32,000 nt of DNA from Bacillus subtilis subsp. subtilis str. 168 (GTDB lineage: Bacteria > Bacillota > Bacilli > Bacillales > Bacillaceae), in the NCBI RefSeq assembly GCF_000009045.1, contig NC_000964.3, positions 2,820,001-2,852,000 on the forward strand, given 5' to 3'. Under the pieces are notes generated by a model. The model did no database searches. It had not been told where the DNA came from and saw only the letters and a program-made list of their open reading frames with translations. Shown one piece after another: positions 9,564 through 19,948 of this stretch. Made by a program: the position numbers and the translations under genes. The first letter of the stretch is position 1; each line of letters begins with the position of its first letter.

Positions 9564-11120
9564 ATGGCGAAACAGACGTTTTTAAAGGGCACTCTTATCC
9601 TTATCGCAGCAGGAATGGTTACAAGAATGCTCGGGTTTGTCAACCGGGTGGTTATCGCCCGTTTTATCGGTGAAGAAGGAGTCGGGCTTTACATGATGGC
9701 AGCGCCTACTTTCTTCTTGGCCACTACATTAACTCAATTCGGTCTGCCGGTCGCGATCAGCAAGCTAGTCGCTGAAGCCAGTGCGCGCGGAGATCATCAA
9801 AAAACGAAAAATATTTTAGTCATGTCTCTGACCATTACGGGAGTGCTCAGCCTCATCTTTACACCGCTGTTTCTGTTTTTCGCCCCTGTTATGGCTGAAA
9901 CGATGCTGACAGATAAGCGAACACTGTATCCGCTCTTGGCCATTACGCCTGTTGTGCCGATTATTGCTATATCGAGTGTGCTGAGGGGATACTTTCAAGG
10001 AAAACAGAATATGAACCCGCTTGCTATGTCACAAGTCCTTGAACAGGTTGTCCGCATTTCACTCGTGGCTGTCTGCACAACGATTTTTCTCCCTTACGGA
10101 ATTGAATATGCTGCAGCGGGGGCAATGCTATCCTCAGTGGCAGGGGAGCTGGCATCACTTCTTTATTTATTCGTTTGCTTTAAGTATAAAAAGACAATTA
10201 AAATCAGAAAGCATTTTTTACAGTCAATTAAAAACGGAAAACAAACCTTTACCCAATTAATGAGCGTGTCCCTTCCAACAACCGGGAGCCGCTTTATCGG
10301 AAACCTCTCTTGGTTTTTCGAGCCAATCGTCGTCGCTCAAAGCCTTGCCATCGCCGGTGTGGCAACAGTTGCCGCAACAAAGCAATACGGGGAACTAACC
10401 GGCTTTGCCATGACGCTGCTGACTCTGCCCAGCTTTATTACATATTCTTTGTCGACCGCGCTTGTTCCTGCGATCAGTGAAGGAATGGAGCAGAAAAAAT
10501 TGCAGGTGGTGGAATACCGCTTAGAACAGGCGATGCGTCTCTGTCTGCTCAGCGGAGGCATTTCAGTTGTTATTTTATTTGTATTTGCGGATGAGCTGAT
10601 GAGAGTGATGTACGGTTCCTCAGGCGCAGCTGTATTTATAAAAGTGATGGCCCCGTTTTTTCTGCTTTATTATTTCCAAGGCCCGCTTCAAGCTGTGCTG
10701 CAGGCGCTTAATTTGGCAGGAGCTGCGATGATGAACAGCTTAATCGGAGCGCTTGTCAAAACAGGCCTTATTTTTGTCCTTGCCACAAGGCCTTCTCTTG
10801 GCATTATGGGCGCGGCATTAGCCATTGTGACAGGCATGGTGCTCGTCACGCTATTGCACGCAGCAACCGTAAGCAAAGTGCTGCCGATCAGCATCAAAAT
10901 CAAGGAGTACGCGCTCAGCTTCGCTGTTATTGTAATTTGCGGATTCATCAGCTCCGCCATCAAACAATATATAAGCTTTGGAGCATCTGAGGCTGTCAAT
11001 CTAGCCGGATGGATTGCGGCGAGCGCCGCCATTTATATGATCCTCCTGCTCGTTTTCCGTTTAATTAAAAAAGATGAGCTTCGCCGCATTCCCATTATCG
11101 GACGGTTGATCATCCGATAA
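9564..11120 (+). CDS. spoVB: Stage V sporulation protein B (MOP/MurJ-type flippase family)
   Basis: Polytopic membrane protein. Start ATG 9564 (518 aa) is preceded by GGCAGGGGG. The 24-aa track extension has no SD. Confidence 0.93.
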   Translation: MAKQTFLKGTLILIAAGMVTRMLGFVNRVVIARFIGEEGVGLYMMAAPTFFLATTLTQFGLPVAISKLVAEASARGDHQKTKNILVMSLTITGVLSLIFTPLFLFFAPVMAETMLTDKRTLYPLLAITPVVPIIAISSVLRGYFQGKQNMNPLAMSQVLEQVVRISLVAVCTTIFLPYGIEYAAAGAMLSSVAGELASLLYLFVCFKYKKTIKIRKHFLQSIKNGKQTFTQLMSVSLPTTGSRFIGNLSWFFEPIVVAQSLAIAGVATVAATKQYGELTGFAMTLLTLPSFITYSLSTALVPAISEGMEQKKLQVVEYRLEQAMRLCLLSGGISVVILFVFADELMRVMYGSSGAAVFIKVMAPFFLLYYFQGPLQAVLQALNLAGAAMMNSLIGALVKTGLIFVLATRPSLGIMGAALAIVTGMVLVTLLHAATVSKVLPISIKIKEYALSFAVIVICGFISSAIKQYISFGASEAVNLAGWIAASAAIYMILLLVFRLIKKDELRRIPIIGRLIIR

Positions 11121-11123
11121 TGG

Positions 11124-11780
11124 TCACGTGCGGTGCCCATCTTTTTCATCAATATATATTTCTCCGTCTGTAAACGAGCAAAATGAAATATCTGAAGGGT
11201 TTGTGTATCCGTGTTTTTGCAAACTTTCAAGCAGCCATTTTCTATCTTTACTGATTCTGGACAGGTTTTCTGTTTGAATGAAGCCGTCTATAATGAGCGG
11301 CATTTCGAGCTGCCGATGCTCTCCGCTGTTTTCTTTCTTAACAATAGTCAGTTTGCCCGACGGCTCTAAAATAGCAAATGATACGTCAGCTACTCTGTCG
11401 ATGCTATTTTCTCTGAGCTGAACCATTAAATCATCAAAATTATAACGCTGTGATTTCATGGCTTCTTCGTCAATTTTTCCATATTTGATAATTATGGTCG
11501 GCTTACCGTCAAGAAGCTGGCGGACTTTTCGGTTTTTTAAAGAAAAGTATGCCAAAGTCACTTGAATGATCATTAATACAAGCATTGGCAAAATGGTATG
11601 AAATAGATGATCGTCTACGTTTTCTATGGCTAAAACGGCAATTTCAGCCATCATGATAAAGACAACGAGATCTAAAATACTAAGCTCTCCGATCTCCCGT
11701 TTGCCCATGAAACGAAAAATGACCAATATCACAAAATACAATACGACTGTGCGAAACGCAATAGTGAGAAGCTCTTCCAT
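11124..11780 (-). CDS. yrbG: DUF421/YetF-family membrane protein
   Basis: Start ATG 11778-11780 (218 aa) has GGAGGTG 5 nt upstream. It has N-terminal TM helices and a C-terminal soluble domain. It converges on spoVB with only 3 nt between the stops. Confidence 0.85.
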
Positions 11781-11977
11781 TATGCACCTCCAACTCATTA
11801 TAGGTTGCAACAAAATGATCAATTTATGTAAGAAAAACCGATTGCATTTCACAAAGCTTTTACGTCTAATTCATGGGATAAGGGAATACATTTTTACAAA
11901 GACGAGCCATCAGCATGTCTGACGGTTTTGAACAAAAAGAACAGAAGCCTTTTAATACAGGCAGAGAGGAGACAATC

Positions 11978-12367
11978 ATGGAGGAAACGAAACAAGTTGG
12001 AAAAGGCATTCTTTACGGCTTAATCGCCATATTTTCAGCCATGCTCCTGACAAGTTTAGCGGTTTCACTTTTATTGACCGCAACCTCGCTGGAAGAATCA
12101 TCATTTAACTGGCTGATCACCGCTATCTCATTTCTCTCTTTATTTATCGGCGGGTTCATTTCAGGCGGGAAAGGCAAGGAAAGAGGCTGGATGATTGGCG
12201 CATTGACCGCCTTAAGTTTTTCTCTGATTATCTTATTGTTTCAGTATTTAGGATTCGGAAAGACATTTACAGCAGAACAGCTGATCTTCCATCTGGGATT
12301 TTTAGGGGTGTGCATGCTGGGCGGGATTTTCGGCGTGAACATGAGGGGAAACAGGTCTTCCACATAA
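11978..12367 (+). CDS. yrzE: Small multi-pass membrane protein (YrzE family)
   Basis: ATG 11978 is preceded by GAGAGGAG at 7-nt spacing. It has four predicted hydrophobic helices. The upstream ATG 11915 lacks an SD. Confidence 0.75.
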   Translation: MEETKQVGKGILYGLIAIFSAMLLTSLAVSLLLTATSLEESSFNWLITAISFLSLFIGGFISGGKGKERGWMIGALTALSFSLIILLFQYLGFGKTFTAEQLIFHLGFLGVCMLGGIFGVNMRGNRSST

Positions 12368-12399
12368 AAAAGAGCGGGCTCACTTGCCCGCTCTTTTTT
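12366..12399. terminator. Bidirectional intrinsic terminator between yrzE and yajC
   Basis: Perfect 9-bp stem AGAGCGGGC (12371-12379) pairs with GCCCGCTCT (12386-12394) around a 6-nt loop. An A-run lies on one side and a T-run on the other. Confidence 0.85.
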
Positions 12400-12423
12400 G
12401 TTTGCTATGTATAGCTCCTGCTG

Positions 12424-12693
12424 TTATTCAGCAGCAGAAACTTCTCTGATCGCGCGGCGGTCGAACGTAAGACGTGTGTTATCACCAGTCTTAATTACGA
12501 CTTTGCTTTCGTCGATAGAGTCAACAGTACCGTGCAATCCCCCGATTGTCACTACTGAATCGCCTTTTTTCAGTTCCTCTTGCATTTGGCGTACAGCCTT
12601 TTGCTGCTTTTGCTGAGGACGAATCAGCAAGAAGTAAAGGACCGCAAACATTAAAATAATAGGAACCAATGTACCTAAAGTGCCAGTCATCAT
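12424..12693 (-). CDS. yajC: Preprotein translocase accessory subunit YajC
   Basis: The sequence has one TM helix and then the conserved QKKQQK...GD.V.T.GG..G.V core. The track start GTG lies inside the SD (AAAGGGGTG). ATG 12691-12693 is correctly spaced. Confidence 0.9.
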   Translation of the reverse strand: MMTGTLGTLVPIILMFAVLYFLLIRPQQKQQKAVRQMQEELKKGDSVVTIGGLHGTVDSIDESKVVIKTGDNTRLTFDRRAIREVSAAE

Positions 12694-12726
12694 TTTCACC
12701 CCTTTCTGTAAGCCTGTTATGTTTAT

Positions 12727-13893
<1,167 letters not shown>

Positions 13894-13898
13894 TCAAA

Positions 13899-14927
13899 TT
13901 ATATAATCAGCATCGCGTCTCCGAAGCTGAAGAAACGGTATTCCTCTTCCACTGCATGGTTATAGGCACGCAGAATGTTTTCTCTTCCAGCAAGCGCGCT
14001 GACCAGCATAATCAATGACGATTTCGGCAAATGGAAGTTTGTAATCATTCCGTCAATGGCTTTAAATTCATAGCCCGGATAAATAAAAATAGATGTCCAG
14101 CCGCTTGATGCTTTAAATTGCCCGTCATGTTCTCCGGCAATCGTCTCAAGCGTGCGTGTCGAGGTCGTGCCGACAGAAATGATCCGACCGCCATTTTCTC
14201 TTACTTTGTTTAAGGCTGCAGCCGTTTCTTCTGACATTTGATAAAACTCTGCATGCATATTATGCTCTTCCACTTCATCGGCACTCACAGGGCGAAACGT
14301 TCCAAGGCCTACGTGCAGTGTGATGAACTCAATTTGCACGCCTTTGTCTTTCAGCTGCTGTAAGATTTCTTCCGTGAAGTGAAGGCCAGCTGTAGGCGCA
14401 GCAGCAGAGCCAATTTCTTTTGAATACACTGTCTGGTAGCGCTCTTTGTCATCAAGCTGTTCTTTGATATATGGAGGGAGCGGCATCTCTCCAAGGGATT
14501 CAAGCACCTCGTAGAAAATACCGTCATATTGAAATTCCATCTTTCTGCCGCCGTGCTCAAGCTCTTCCGTGCAGATTGCCTTCAATCTTCCGTCTCCAAA
14601 TGTGACAACAGTTCCTTTTTTCACCCGTTTCGCCGGTTTGGCAAGTGTTTCCCATTTATCACCGGTTTCCTGTTTCAACAAAAGAAGTTCCACTTTCGCG
14701 CCGGTATCCTCTTTTGTGCCGAATAACCGCGCAGGCAGTACCCGGGTATTGTTCAGGACTAGACAATCGCCTTCGTTAAAGAAGCTGATAATGTGTTTAA
14801 ACGAGCTGTCAGTAAGCTCTCCTGTATGTTTATCGAGCACCATCAGCCTTGAAGCATCACGCTGCTCCAACGGTACTTGTGCAATTAAACGTTCTGGTAG
14901 TTCAAAATCAAATAAATCGACTTTCAT
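13899..14927 (-). CDS. queA: S-adenosylmethionine:tRNA ribosyltransferase-isomerase
   Basis: 342 aa with the typical QueA N-terminus [18 protein letters not shown] and C-terminus [22 protein letters not shown]. Confidence 0.96.
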   Translation of the reverse strand: MKVDLFDFELPERLIAQVPLEQRDASRLMVLDKHTGELTDSSFKHIISFFNEGDCLVLNNTRVLPARLFGTKEDTGAKVELLLLKQETGDKWETLAKPAKRVKKGTVVTFGDGRLKAICTEELEHGGRKMEFQYDGIFYEVLESLGEMPLPPYIKEQLDDKERYQTVYSKEIGSAAAPTAGLHFTEEILQQLKDKGVQIEFITLHVGLGTFRPVSADEVEEHNMHAEFYQMSEETAAALNKVRENGGRIISVGTTSTRTLETIAGEHDGQFKASSGWTSIFIYPGYEFKAIDGMITNFHLPKSSLIMLVSALAGRENILRAYNHAVEEEYRFFSFGDAMLII

Positions 14928-14956
14928 GATGATTTCACCTTTATTCTAGTCTTTTG

Positions 14957-15157
14957 TTATTTCATTCTGCCAAAAAGATTAAGCAAAATTGATAATACCA
15001 CACTTATAATAATACAAGTGACAACCGGGAAGAAAAACGTAACATTTCCTTTTTTTACAAAAATATCTCCCGGCATCTTGCCGACAAAATGCAAAACTGC
15101 TCCGATAATAAGCAAAACAGCACCAAGAATCATAATGATCTTAGGAAATTCAGTCAT
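14957..15157 (-). CDS. yrzS: DUF2905-family small membrane protein
   Basis: 66 aa with two hydrophobic helices. Its ATG overlaps the ruvB stop (ATGACTGA, 8-nt overlap), which suggests translational coupling. Confidence 0.8.
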   Translation of the reverse strand: MTEFPKIIMILGAVLLIIGAVLHFVGKMPGDIFVKKGNVTFFFPVVTCIIISVVLSILLNLFGRMK

Positions 15158-16154
15158 ATCGGGGAGCCTCCATTTGGAAATGATGATAAACGGCCGGTGT
15201 CACGATCCTTCCACGCGGCGTTCTTTGTATAAATCCAATTTGCAGCAGATATGGTTCATATACGTCTTCAATCGTATGCGATTCCTCGCCGATGGTAGCT
15301 GAAATCGTATCAAGGCCTACTGGGCCGCCGTTGAATTTTTCGATCATGCCCATCAGCAGCTTATGATCAATATGATCCAAACCGAGGCGGTCAACCTGAA
15401 GCCGCTCCAGCGCATTCTGAGAAATGTCTTCCGTAATCCTGCTGTCACCCAGCACTTGGGCGAAATCGCGCACCCTTCTCAGCAGGCGGTTCGCCACGCG
15501 GGGCGTCCCTCTCGATCTTCTTGCAATTTCAAGAGCCGACGGTTTATCAATCTCAACCTCGAATACATCAGCGGTTCTTGTGACAATATCCGCCAGTTCT
15601 TCTTGTGTATAGTACTCAAGGCGAGACATTACGCCGAATCTGTCTCTTAAAGGAGCCGTCAAAAGCCCCACCCTCGTCGTGGCTCCCACCAGCGTAAAAG
15701 GCGGAAGGTCGAGGCGAACCGAGCGGGCAGATGGGCCTTTGCCAATCACAATGTCCAGGCAAAAGTCTTCCATTGCAGGATAAAGCACCTCTTCGATCGA
15801 TCTGTGCAGCCTATGTATTTCATCAATAAATAATACATCTCCCGGTTCCAGCGCCGTTAATATAGCAGCCAAATCACCAGGCCTTTCAATCGCAGGCCCT
15901 GATGTCGTCCGCAATTCCACTCCCATTTCATTAGCAACAATCGAAGCAAGCGTTGTTTTTCCGAGTCCGGGCGGCCCGTACAGAAGAACATGATCCAGCG
16001 TCTCCTGTCTCATTTTCGCCGCATCTATAAACACGCGCAAATTTTCTTTTACCTTATGCTGCCCGATATACTGTGCCAGATTTTGCGGCCTCAGGCTTTG
16101 CTCTATCACTGATTCATGGTTGTCTGCTTCACTTGAGACGAGCCGTTCATCCAT
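15150..16154 (-). CDS. ruvB: Holliday junction branch-migration ATPase RuvB
   Basis: Walker [10 protein letters not shown] and Walker B FIDEIH are present. Start ATG 16152-16154 (334 aa) sits 6 nt after AAGGTG. The two upstream track codons overlap the SD. Confidence 0.96.
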   Translation of the reverse strand: MDERLVSSEADNHESVIEQSLRPQNLAQYIGQHKVKENLRVFIDAAKMRQETLDHVLLYGPPGLGKTTLASIVANEMGVELRTTSGPAIERPGDLAAILTALEPGDVLFIDEIHRLHRSIEEVLYPAMEDFCLDIVIGKGPSARSVRLDLPPFTLVGATTRVGLLTAPLRDRFGVMSRLEYYTQEELADIVTRTADVFEVEIDKPSALEIARRSRGTPRVANRLLRRVRDFAQVLGDSRITEDISQNALERLQVDRLGLDHIDHKLLMGMIEKFNGGPVGLDTISATIGEESHTIEDVYEPYLLQIGFIQRTPRGRIVTPAVYHHFQMEAPRYD

Positions 16155-16164
16155 GAACATCACC

Positions 16165-16770
16165 TTACTTTAATAGTTTTTGTAATGCTTTTTTCACATA
16201 TTGGTCTGTTGTCAGCCCAATTTCTTCTTTAAGGTGAGGAAGCACCTTTTTGATTTCTTTTTCAGCATATCCGAGAACCCTGAGGGCTTCAAGTGCTTCT
16301 TCAAGAGCCGTTTCCGCTGTTTGCTTTTCAAGCCTTTCTTCATGATTAAACAGATTTTCAATCATTTCAGGCACAACATCTGCCAGCTTTCCTTTTAAAT
16401 CTAGAATAATCTGGCGTGCGGTTTTCTTTCCTACTCCAGGAAACTTGACCAAAAAAGCTTCATCTTCATTTTCAATTGCTTGGATGACCGCTCCGGGATC
16501 ACCCGAGCCCAAGATGGCAAGTGCTCCTTTCGGGCCAATTCCGGTCACGTTTAACAGCTTTGTAAAGAGCGCCTTCTCCTCTCTTGTTGAAAAACCATAA
16601 AGCGAAAAAGCATCCTCTCTGATATGATGGTATGTAAAAATCGTTTCTTGGCTTCTCTCCTTATATATAAACGGATTCGGCGTGAAAATCTGATAGCCGA
16701 TGCCGCCGTTCTCTATGACAATATATTGGGGAGATACATAATCAATCGTCCCTTTAACAAATTCAATCAC
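16165..16770 (-). CDS. ruvA: Holliday junction DNA-binding protein RuvA
   Basis: 201 aa with HhH motifs ([18 protein letters not shown]). GTG start with SD AAAGAGGTGA. Confidence 0.96.
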
Positions 16771-16834
16771 GCAAATTCACCTCTTTGACTGTTCTTCATT
16801 GTACCATAAAAACAGCCAAAGTCTTATAGAAAAG

Positions 16835-16848
16835 TTAACATATGTTCG
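16835..16848 (-). promoter_or_regulatory. Candidate LexA (Cheo/SOS) box upstream of ruvA
   Basis: The minus strand reads CGAACATATGTTAA against the B. subtilis consensus CGAAC-N4-GTTCG (12 of 14). It lies about 65 nt upstream of the ruvA start, just upstream of an extended -10 (TGGTACAAT, -10 at 16798-16803). Confidence 0.45.
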
Positions 16849-16870
16849 CTTCTCTCTCATTCTTTCACGA

Positions 16871-16895
16871 AAAAAAAGACATGAATACATGTCTT
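16871..16895 (-). terminator. Intrinsic terminator of bofC
   Basis: Perfect 8-bp stem AAGACATG (16876-16883) pairs with CATGTCTT (16888-16895) around loop AATA. On the minus strand it is followed by a T-run (complement of 16871-16877). Confidence 0.8.
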
Positions 16896-16908
16896 CAATC
16901 AGCGGACG

Positions 16909-17421
16909 CTACCCGCTGTATGTCTTCATATGTTCGATGACATCCTCAAACTCCGCTTTTGTCCGAAATGGAATGCCTTTCAGCAGATTTTTTTGCATAT
17001 GGCTTTCCAGCCTTTCTAAATCAATTTGAAAAAAAGACTGAATTGGTTCGGAAGCTGGCTCAGGCCGCCCATGAAAAGTGGAAATCACTCCATTATCCGA
17101 TACACCGATATACCCGTTGACCTTGCTGAGCGGAGAAATATCGTCCATTTGCTTCCGGAAGAGCACATATCCCTTTTTTTGTTCCACTAGCGTCCATCCG
17201 GCATAAGCTGCCCAAAAATCATCCATAGAAAACACTTTTTCATGCTTATGCTCAATGCTGACATCGCCGTCCAAATACACCTTTTCAAGCTGCACATGCA
17301 CCTGCAGCGGCTCATAGTGCTCCACTTCCGCGCCAAGTGCGCGGGAAGGAGCTCCTATTAAAAATACTGCCGCTGAGCAAAGAATGCCCAGCAAAAGATA
17401 CGCCGTGCTGAATCGTTTCAC
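16909..17421 (-). CDS. bofC: Forespore regulator of the sigma-K checkpoint, BofC (secreted)
   Basis: 170 aa with a signal peptide (MKRFSTAYLLLGILCSAAVFLIGAPSRALG). GTG start 17419-17421. SD AAGAGGTG at 6-nt spacing. Confidence 0.92.
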   Translation of the reverse strand: MKRFSTAYLLLGILCSAAVFLIGAPSRALGAEVEHYEPLQVHVQLEKVYLDGDVSIEHKHEKVFSMDDFWAAYAGWTLVEQKKGYVLFRKQMDDISPLSKVNGYIGVSDNGVISTFHGRPEPASEPIQSFFQIDLERLESHMQKNLLKGIPFRTKAEFEDVIEHMKTYSG

Positions 17422-17468
17422 CCTCTACACCTCTTTGCACACGTTTATGATTAGTTTGACCAAAGAGG

Positions 17469-18776
17469 CTACTGCTTAACCGTTTTATCAAAATTTGTCT
17501 GCACATTTTCCCTGACAAACCGTTCCTCCGTATACACATCTGTGCTTTGCTCAGAAATTGTCAAGAATCGCGTCAGAAAGGCACTGAAAAAATACAATGC
17601 CGCAAAGATCCAAATCACGCCACCTGCACCGAGCGGCCCAATGAAAAGACTCACGATGCCCGGCGCGATAAACGCACATAAACCAGATCCCAAATTCAAC
17701 ACTGACATGGCAGCACCTTTATTATCAGGTGCAAGCGTCGGCAAAAGCGCGCTTAATGGGACGTACCCTGCTAAAGCCGCGCCGTAGCAGCAGGCGATAA
17801 TCATGAGCACCCAATACTGATGCCCGATCAGCTGAGGCGTGTAATACAGCGCCAGCGTAAAAATACCGCATCCGACACCGCCAAACCACATGACCGTATT
17901 GCGCCAGCCTAGTTTATCTCCGACTGCACCGAAAATGATATTAAACACAATATTCACAAAAAACAGCGTCCCCCATATTTGCAGCCATTCCGAAACCGAA
18001 TACCCGTATCGTGCTAAATAAGTAGGAAGAAAGATGGCAAATCCAAATTGTCCTATCGCATTAATCGTCTTGACCACTCCGCCGATGCCTACCTTAGGGT
18101 TTTCAAACATAATCGTAAATGCCTTCGACAGTTCTTTCCATTTCGGCTGATCTTGTTTTTGTATCGGAGTAAATTTATCTTTGTTAAAAAATAAGGCAAG
18201 AATTCCGCCTGCCGCCACAAACAGTAAAGCGCTCCAAAGCGTATTGATTTCTCCAAAGGCCGGAACTGCATAGCTGGAATAGAACGGACCGAGCACGTTA
18301 AGGCCGCACGTAAACATAAACCAAAACCAGCCGACGGCTTTTCCAAGAATATTTTGAGAGGTGCTGTATGACACCCATACGAGAAAAGAGTATGCAAACA
18401 GCGGATATCCCAAGCCTCTAAGAGCATAGCTGCCCAAGAGAGCCGGATAATACATATGAGGAATCGCCCAGCCGATAAAAGCGGCCGAACCGAGGATAAA
18501 TGCAAGCAATCCGACAGTCATCGTTTTTCTCGGCCCCCAAGTTTGGACAAACGTTCCTGAAAGCCAAGCTGAGATGGTGACAGCAATGCCGTACATGGTA
18601 AATAACGATGCGGATTGCTGCATACTGAGACCATGATCAACGAGAAAAGGAGACAGCCAGCCTTGTTCGAGGCCGTCTCCAACCATAAAGATGACAACGC
18701 CAATATAACCCCAAACCATGTGAGAAGGAATTCCGATTTTGTTCAAAACATTTCCTTTAGCATGTACTGTATTCAT
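17469..18776 (-). CDS. csbX: MFS transporter (general-stress, alpha-ketoglutarate-permease-like) CsbX
   Basis: 12-TM MFS protein. ATG 18774-18776 (435 aa) follows GGTGGAG. The track start is a GTG inside the SD. Confidence 0.9.
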   Translation of the reverse strand: MNTVHAKGNVLNKIGIPSHMVWGYIGVVIFMVGDGLEQGWLSPFLVDHGLSMQQSASLFTMYGIAVTISAWLSGTFVQTWGPRKTMTVGLLAFILGSAAFIGWAIPHMYYPALLGSYALRGLGYPLFAYSFLVWVSYSTSQNILGKAVGWFWFMFTCGLNVLGPFYSSYAVPAFGEINTLWSALLFVAAGGILALFFNKDKFTPIQKQDQPKWKELSKAFTIMFENPKVGIGGVVKTINAIGQFGFAIFLPTYLARYGYSVSEWLQIWGTLFFVNIVFNIIFGAVGDKLGWRNTVMWFGGVGCGIFTLALYYTPQLIGHQYWVLMIIACCYGAALAGYVPLSALLPTLAPDNKGAAMSVLNLGSGLCAFIAPGIVSLFIGPLGAGGVIWIFAALYFFSAFLTRFLTISEQSTDVYTEERFVRENVQTNFDKTVKQ

Positions 18777-18812
18777 TTTCTCCACCGCCTACTTAAAGTA
18801 TCAATGGAGTAT

Positions 18813-18839
18813 ATACCCAAGCTTGCTGAATTGTAATCC
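18813..18839 (-). promoter_or_regulatory. Candidate sigma-B promoter of csbX
   Basis: The minus-strand -10 GGGTAT (18813-18818) matches the sigma-B consensus exactly. The -35-like GGATTA (18834-18839) lies 15 nt upstream and is a weaker match to GTTTAA. The site is directly downstream of the yrbE stop. Confidence 0.5.
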
Positions 18840-18846
18840 TGTTAGA

Positions 18847-19872
18847 TTAAAAAGCGATTTTTTCAGTGTGCTCAATGCTAACAGGCATGCCAAAAGCAAG
18901 CGATTGCTGTGCTGCTCTGGCGATCCTCCCGGCCTGTAAACCGTCATTGCCGGTGCAGGGAGTCTCCTGGTTTGTGCCGATCGCTTCTGCAAAACGGAGA
19001 ATCTCCTCCTCATATGAATCCTTATAGCGTTCAAGGAAAAAGAAATGCGGTTTATCCTTCATCACAAAATCAGCTGTTGACACCTCAACCGTTGTCGGCC
19101 TGCTATTGTCAGCCGCTGCAGAGCCTTTCGTCCCGAAAACCTCAACCCGCTGGTCATATCCGTACACAGCTTGGCGGCTGTTATCAATCACAGCCATGGC
19201 ACCGTTTTCAAAAGTCAGTGTAATAACAGCTGTATCAATATCACCCAGCTCCGCAAAAGAAGGATTCACCAAAGCCGCCCCTTTGGCATACACTTCCGTC
19301 ACTTCGCTTCCCATAATATATCTGGCCATATCAAAATCATGGATCGACATATCCATAAACAATCCGCCTGACGTACGGACATAATCTATATTCGGGGGTT
19401 CTGGGTCCCGGGACGTGATTTTTAATAAATGAGGTGTACCGATTTCACCATTTTCAACAATCGTTTTGATTTTCTTAAAATGAGGATCAAAGCGGCGGTT
19501 AAATCCGACTTGAAGTGTTACCCCGTGTTTCCGGACAGCCGCAAGCGCTTCACTCGTTTCGTCCAGAGAGAAACTAACGGGCTTCTCACAAAATATATGC
19601 TTTTTCGCCTCGGCTGCTTCTTTGATCATCTGTGCATGTACGGCTGTAGGAGAGCAAATAAAAATAGCATCAATATCAGGATCATGTAATAAATCACGAT
19701 AATCAGAGGTTATGTATTCAATCTGATGACTGTCGGCCCAGCTTTTTATACGGCTCGCCTGAATGTCAGAGATTGCTTTTATTTTCATGTGAGGAATCCG
19801 GCTTATATTTTGAACATGAAGTTTGCCGATGCGGCCTGCACCGATAATCCCTGTCACAATCTGTTTTGTCAT
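18847..19872 (-). CDS. yrbE: Gfo/Idh/MocA-family NAD(P)-dependent oxidoreductase (inositol-dehydrogenase-like)
   Basis: Rossmann motif GIIGAGRIG plus an EKP motif (FCEKPVS). ATG 19870-19872 (341 aa) has SD AAGGGGGAAG. The 7-aa track extension is unsupported. Confidence 0.92.
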   Translation of the reverse strand: MTKQIVTGIIGAGRIGKLHVQNISRIPHMKIKAISDIQASRIKSWADSHQIEYITSDYRDLLHDPDIDAIFICSPTAVHAQMIKEAAEAKKHIFCEKPVSFSLDETSEALAAVRKHGVTLQVGFNRRFDPHFKKIKTIVENGEIGTPHLLKITSRDPEPPNIDYVRTSGGLFMDMSIHDFDMARYIMGSEVTEVYAKGAALVNPSFAELGDIDTAVITLTFENGAMAVIDNSRQAVYGYDQRVEVFGTKGSAAADNSRPTTVEVSTADFVMKDKPHFFFLERYKDSYEEEILRFAEAIGTNQETPCTGNDGLQAGRIARAAQQSLAFGMPVSIEHTEKIAF

Positions 19873-19896
19873 GGCTTCTTCCCCCTTGATCATTCA

Positions 19897-19948
19897 CGAA
19901 AGCGCTTTATTTAAAATTAATACTATCCCATTTGTAAGCGCTTTTCAA
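19897..19948 (-). promoter_or_regulatory. yrbE sigma-A promoter flanked or overlapped by two cre/LacI-type palindromes
   Basis: On the minus strand: -35 TTGAAA (19943-19948), a 17-nt spacer, then -10 TAGTAT (19920-19925). Palindrome AAAGCGCTTT sits at 19899-19908, just downstream of the -10. TGTAAGCGCTTTTCA at 19932-19946 overlaps the -35 and spacer. Confidence 0.55.

Noticed and set aside
11096-11117. Hairpin ATCGGA-N10-TCCGAT at the 3' end of spoVB as a possible terminator
   Set aside because: It lies inside coding sequence, has only 6 bp and has no U-tract on either strand.
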